Positions 61,715-64,000 of a DNA stretch of 64,000 nt are shown in pieces. Under the pieces are notes generated by a model. The model was not told where the DNA came from and made no database searches. It saw nothing but the letters and a program-made list of their open reading frames with translations. Numbering within the stretch: the first letter of the stretch is position 1; each line of letters begins with the position of its first letter. The DNA lies in assembly GCA_051362555.1 (NCBI GenBank), contig CM120641.1, positions 3,596,001-3,660,000 of the forward strand, given 5' to 3'. The position numbers were made by a program, and so were the translations under genes. Origin of the DNA: Lingula anatina. Lineage: Eukaryota; Animalia; Brachiopoda.

Positions 61715-61960
61715 TTGATGACACACTCTATGTCAGACGTAGTATAGTTAGCCTGACTCAGAGGTAAAAAGTTCACTCGTTGATACACCCTATTGTCCAA
61801 TAATAAAAAAGATACTGTCTTCATTGTTTACCCACTCTATTGCCACTCATAGTAACCCAACAAATAAAAAATATGCTGTCCTCATTGTTGACACACTCTA
61901 TTGACAGCCGTAGTAACCCAACGAAATAAAAGAAAATGTGATCTTCATTGTTGACACAAG
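61715..61960. repeat. Degenerate ~60-bp minisatellite, ~4-5 units
   Basis: Recurrent tcattgttgacacactctatt...tagtaacccaac.aaataaaa. Confidence 0.6.
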
Positions 61961-62857
61961 CAATTGTAAGCTATAAGCTACACTCAAAAATCCAAAAATC
62001 AAGTAAGTCATAGTAGCCCACTTCTATACTAATATGGGCAATCCAGCTATCGGTTCGACTGACCGAACTTACTCTCTGATGACAATACAAAGTATTCTCC
62101 ATATATATACTGATACACTGAAATAAGCACATAATGCATTTAAGTGATTCCTATAGCAAGAGATAGTGAAGACCTTTAACATAACTGAATTAACAGATTC
62201 ATTTAATATAATTATAGCTGAGACACCTGAACAATTGACACAATTTGATTTAAAATTGGAAGTTTCTAAAATATAATCTGACCATGAAATCACCACTATG
62301 ATATTTCATAGGCCTTTCTTAAGTTTTTCTCCTATTTATCATGAAATCACCACTGTGGCATATGATGTGAAAATGGCAAGTAGCCTCGTAACCATGAAAA
62401 CTGACGAAACCTAAGATGGCCGCCGCGGTATTATTTATTTATTTATTTATTTACTTATTCTAATGATTCAATATAATTTGATTAAATAATCTAAATTATG
62501 TTTTATGTCTGAGATGGTCATTGGATGATCCAGAGGATTATTTTTCAATGCCTATTCATTGTGGGGAAAAGTTGGAGACTAAAGAAGTGTCAGCTTCTCT
62601 CTCTCTCTCGCTGTCGCACACACACACACACACACACACATACATACACACACACGCACACAGAAACACACGGCTATTTCTTGTTTCTTACATGTACTAA
62701 AACTAAAAACTGTGTGAGAGGAGAGTGAAAAGGTGAGAACAGTGTGGGTGATTAAAAAACACGGTTCTAATTCACTTACCCTAAGGACTTTTTAAAATAC
62801 TGCTTGGTGCCACGCTTGCTGCATTGGTAAATTTTTTTCTCCCTCTTTTTGTTACAG

Positions 62858-63166
62858 AGGTAGGCATCATTTGCGAATTAAAGAACACCACCATTGGCTG
62901 CCTGCAGGAGACAGAGAGGAACAAAGTGATGAAGATCTTGTTTGCCAACTACGGCCGAACCAGCGACATCAAGTGCCGCCATCCCTACAACACCTCATCG
63001 CTGCACGAGTCTCTCAACTGCAGTGCTGCCAATTCTACCAAGATAATCCGGGATTTGTGTGAGGGGAAACGCACCTGTCATCCGGATGTCTCCAATGCCG
63101 TATTTGGTGACCCTTGTTATGGGACGTACAAGTACCTGGAGGTGGATTGGCAATGTGTGGACCCAG
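62858..63166 (+). CDS. SUEL-type galactose/rhamnose-binding lectin domain exon
   Basis: gttacag|AGG...GACCCAG|gtaata; 309 nt, phase 1-1; motifs ICE, ANYGR, LCEGKRTC and FGDPCYGTYKYLEV..C. Confidence 0.9.
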
Positions 63167-64000
63167 GTAATAATAATAATACGTTTTGGCGGGTCAGATG
63201 TCGAGGTAGTTTAATAGGGAAGTGGAGATTGGTATAAAAGTGCCCCAAACATGGCCTAAAATTGCTGCTACTGTCTCCGCAGTTTATAGGGGTCTAAGAG
63301 GCTTTTATATGTAAAGAGGAGGCTGCACAGTTATCTAACAAAGCCACTAACTTATCACTTAAAGTCATCTCATATCCAACAAAAAACATTCTAAAACACA
63401 ATGACTTGATTACATCTGGTAATAATAATGTGAAAAATATTTAAAATTTATATTCGGCAAACACCTATCTCCATTTACTTTAAATCTGTTGGATGCCCAT
63501 ATTGAATATATTTTTAATTGTTAATAACAACTGGTCGGGAATAAGGAAATGTGTTTTCATTATGTATCGGGTGGATAAATGACTAAAAAAACGCATTGAA
63601 CTTTAAATGACTGAAAAAAGCGCATTAAACTTTAAATTTGAGAATCTAAAGAGTTCTCTGTTATTCAGAATCATATACGAGGTAGTGCCTTTCGCCAAAA
63701 AATGTGTCGTTCAAAAACCAAAATAATAAATAGTTACAAAACGTATGCCGAAGCCAACTGCTTCATAGTTTCTAGAATGATATTTACGTTACATTTTTAA
63801 GAATAACATAGATAAAACACATTTTTTACGCATGTTTATATAAACACACCTCGTATTTTATAATGCAATTTTCTGTCAAAAAAATCGGAATTAGGCAGAT
63901 GCACGCACGGTAAAAATCTACAGTGTTACCGGTACGACTCAATGTTAAGACATTTGAGTAGTTAATCAACTAGGAGATCCACAAATCTTACAGCCTGTGG

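Noticed and set aside
1-64000. tRNA, rRNA or prokaryotic operon/defence-system features
   Set aside because: None recognised; the spliceosomal exon-intron structure and animal transposons show the window is eukaryotic.

Overview
AT-rich, intron-containing animal genomic DNA, probably a lophotrochozoan such as a mollusc (inferred, not proven). It has four parts. (1) 1-~30.5 kb, + strand: the 3' part of a very large gene most consistent with the C-terminal tail of a giant ankyrin (Ank2/UNC-44-like). The ANK/ZU5/death domains are not in the window, so the name is inferred. It has two giant exons (7.2 and 6.5 kb), a 2.1-kb exon and several micro-exons, nearly all symmetric phase 1-1, adding up to ~5,670 acidic codons. 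(2) 32.8-54.2 kb, - strand: three tandem two-exon GT10 alpha-1,3-fucosyltransferase paralogues. Copies 2 and 3 each carry a decayed copy of the ankyrin terminal exon just past their stop codons. (3) 56.9-58.5 kb, - strand: a two-exon PQ-loop transporter-like gene. (4) 59.6-63.2 kb, + strand: exons of a Cys-rich, probably extracellular protein with a SUEL/rhamnose-binding lectin domain. Introns and spacers contain many MITEs (TTAA, TAA, TA and 2-bp TSD classes) and a Tc1 transposase remnant. The most interesting signals are cassette micro-exons each carrying a phosphatase-docking motif (PP1 RVxF, calcineurin PxIxIT), a ~33-copy 30-aa acidic array, possible alternative Cys-ending C-termini, and ankyrin pseudo-exons lying antisense in the predicted fucosyltransferase 3' UTRs. 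All exon boundaries were read by eye without transcript evidence.
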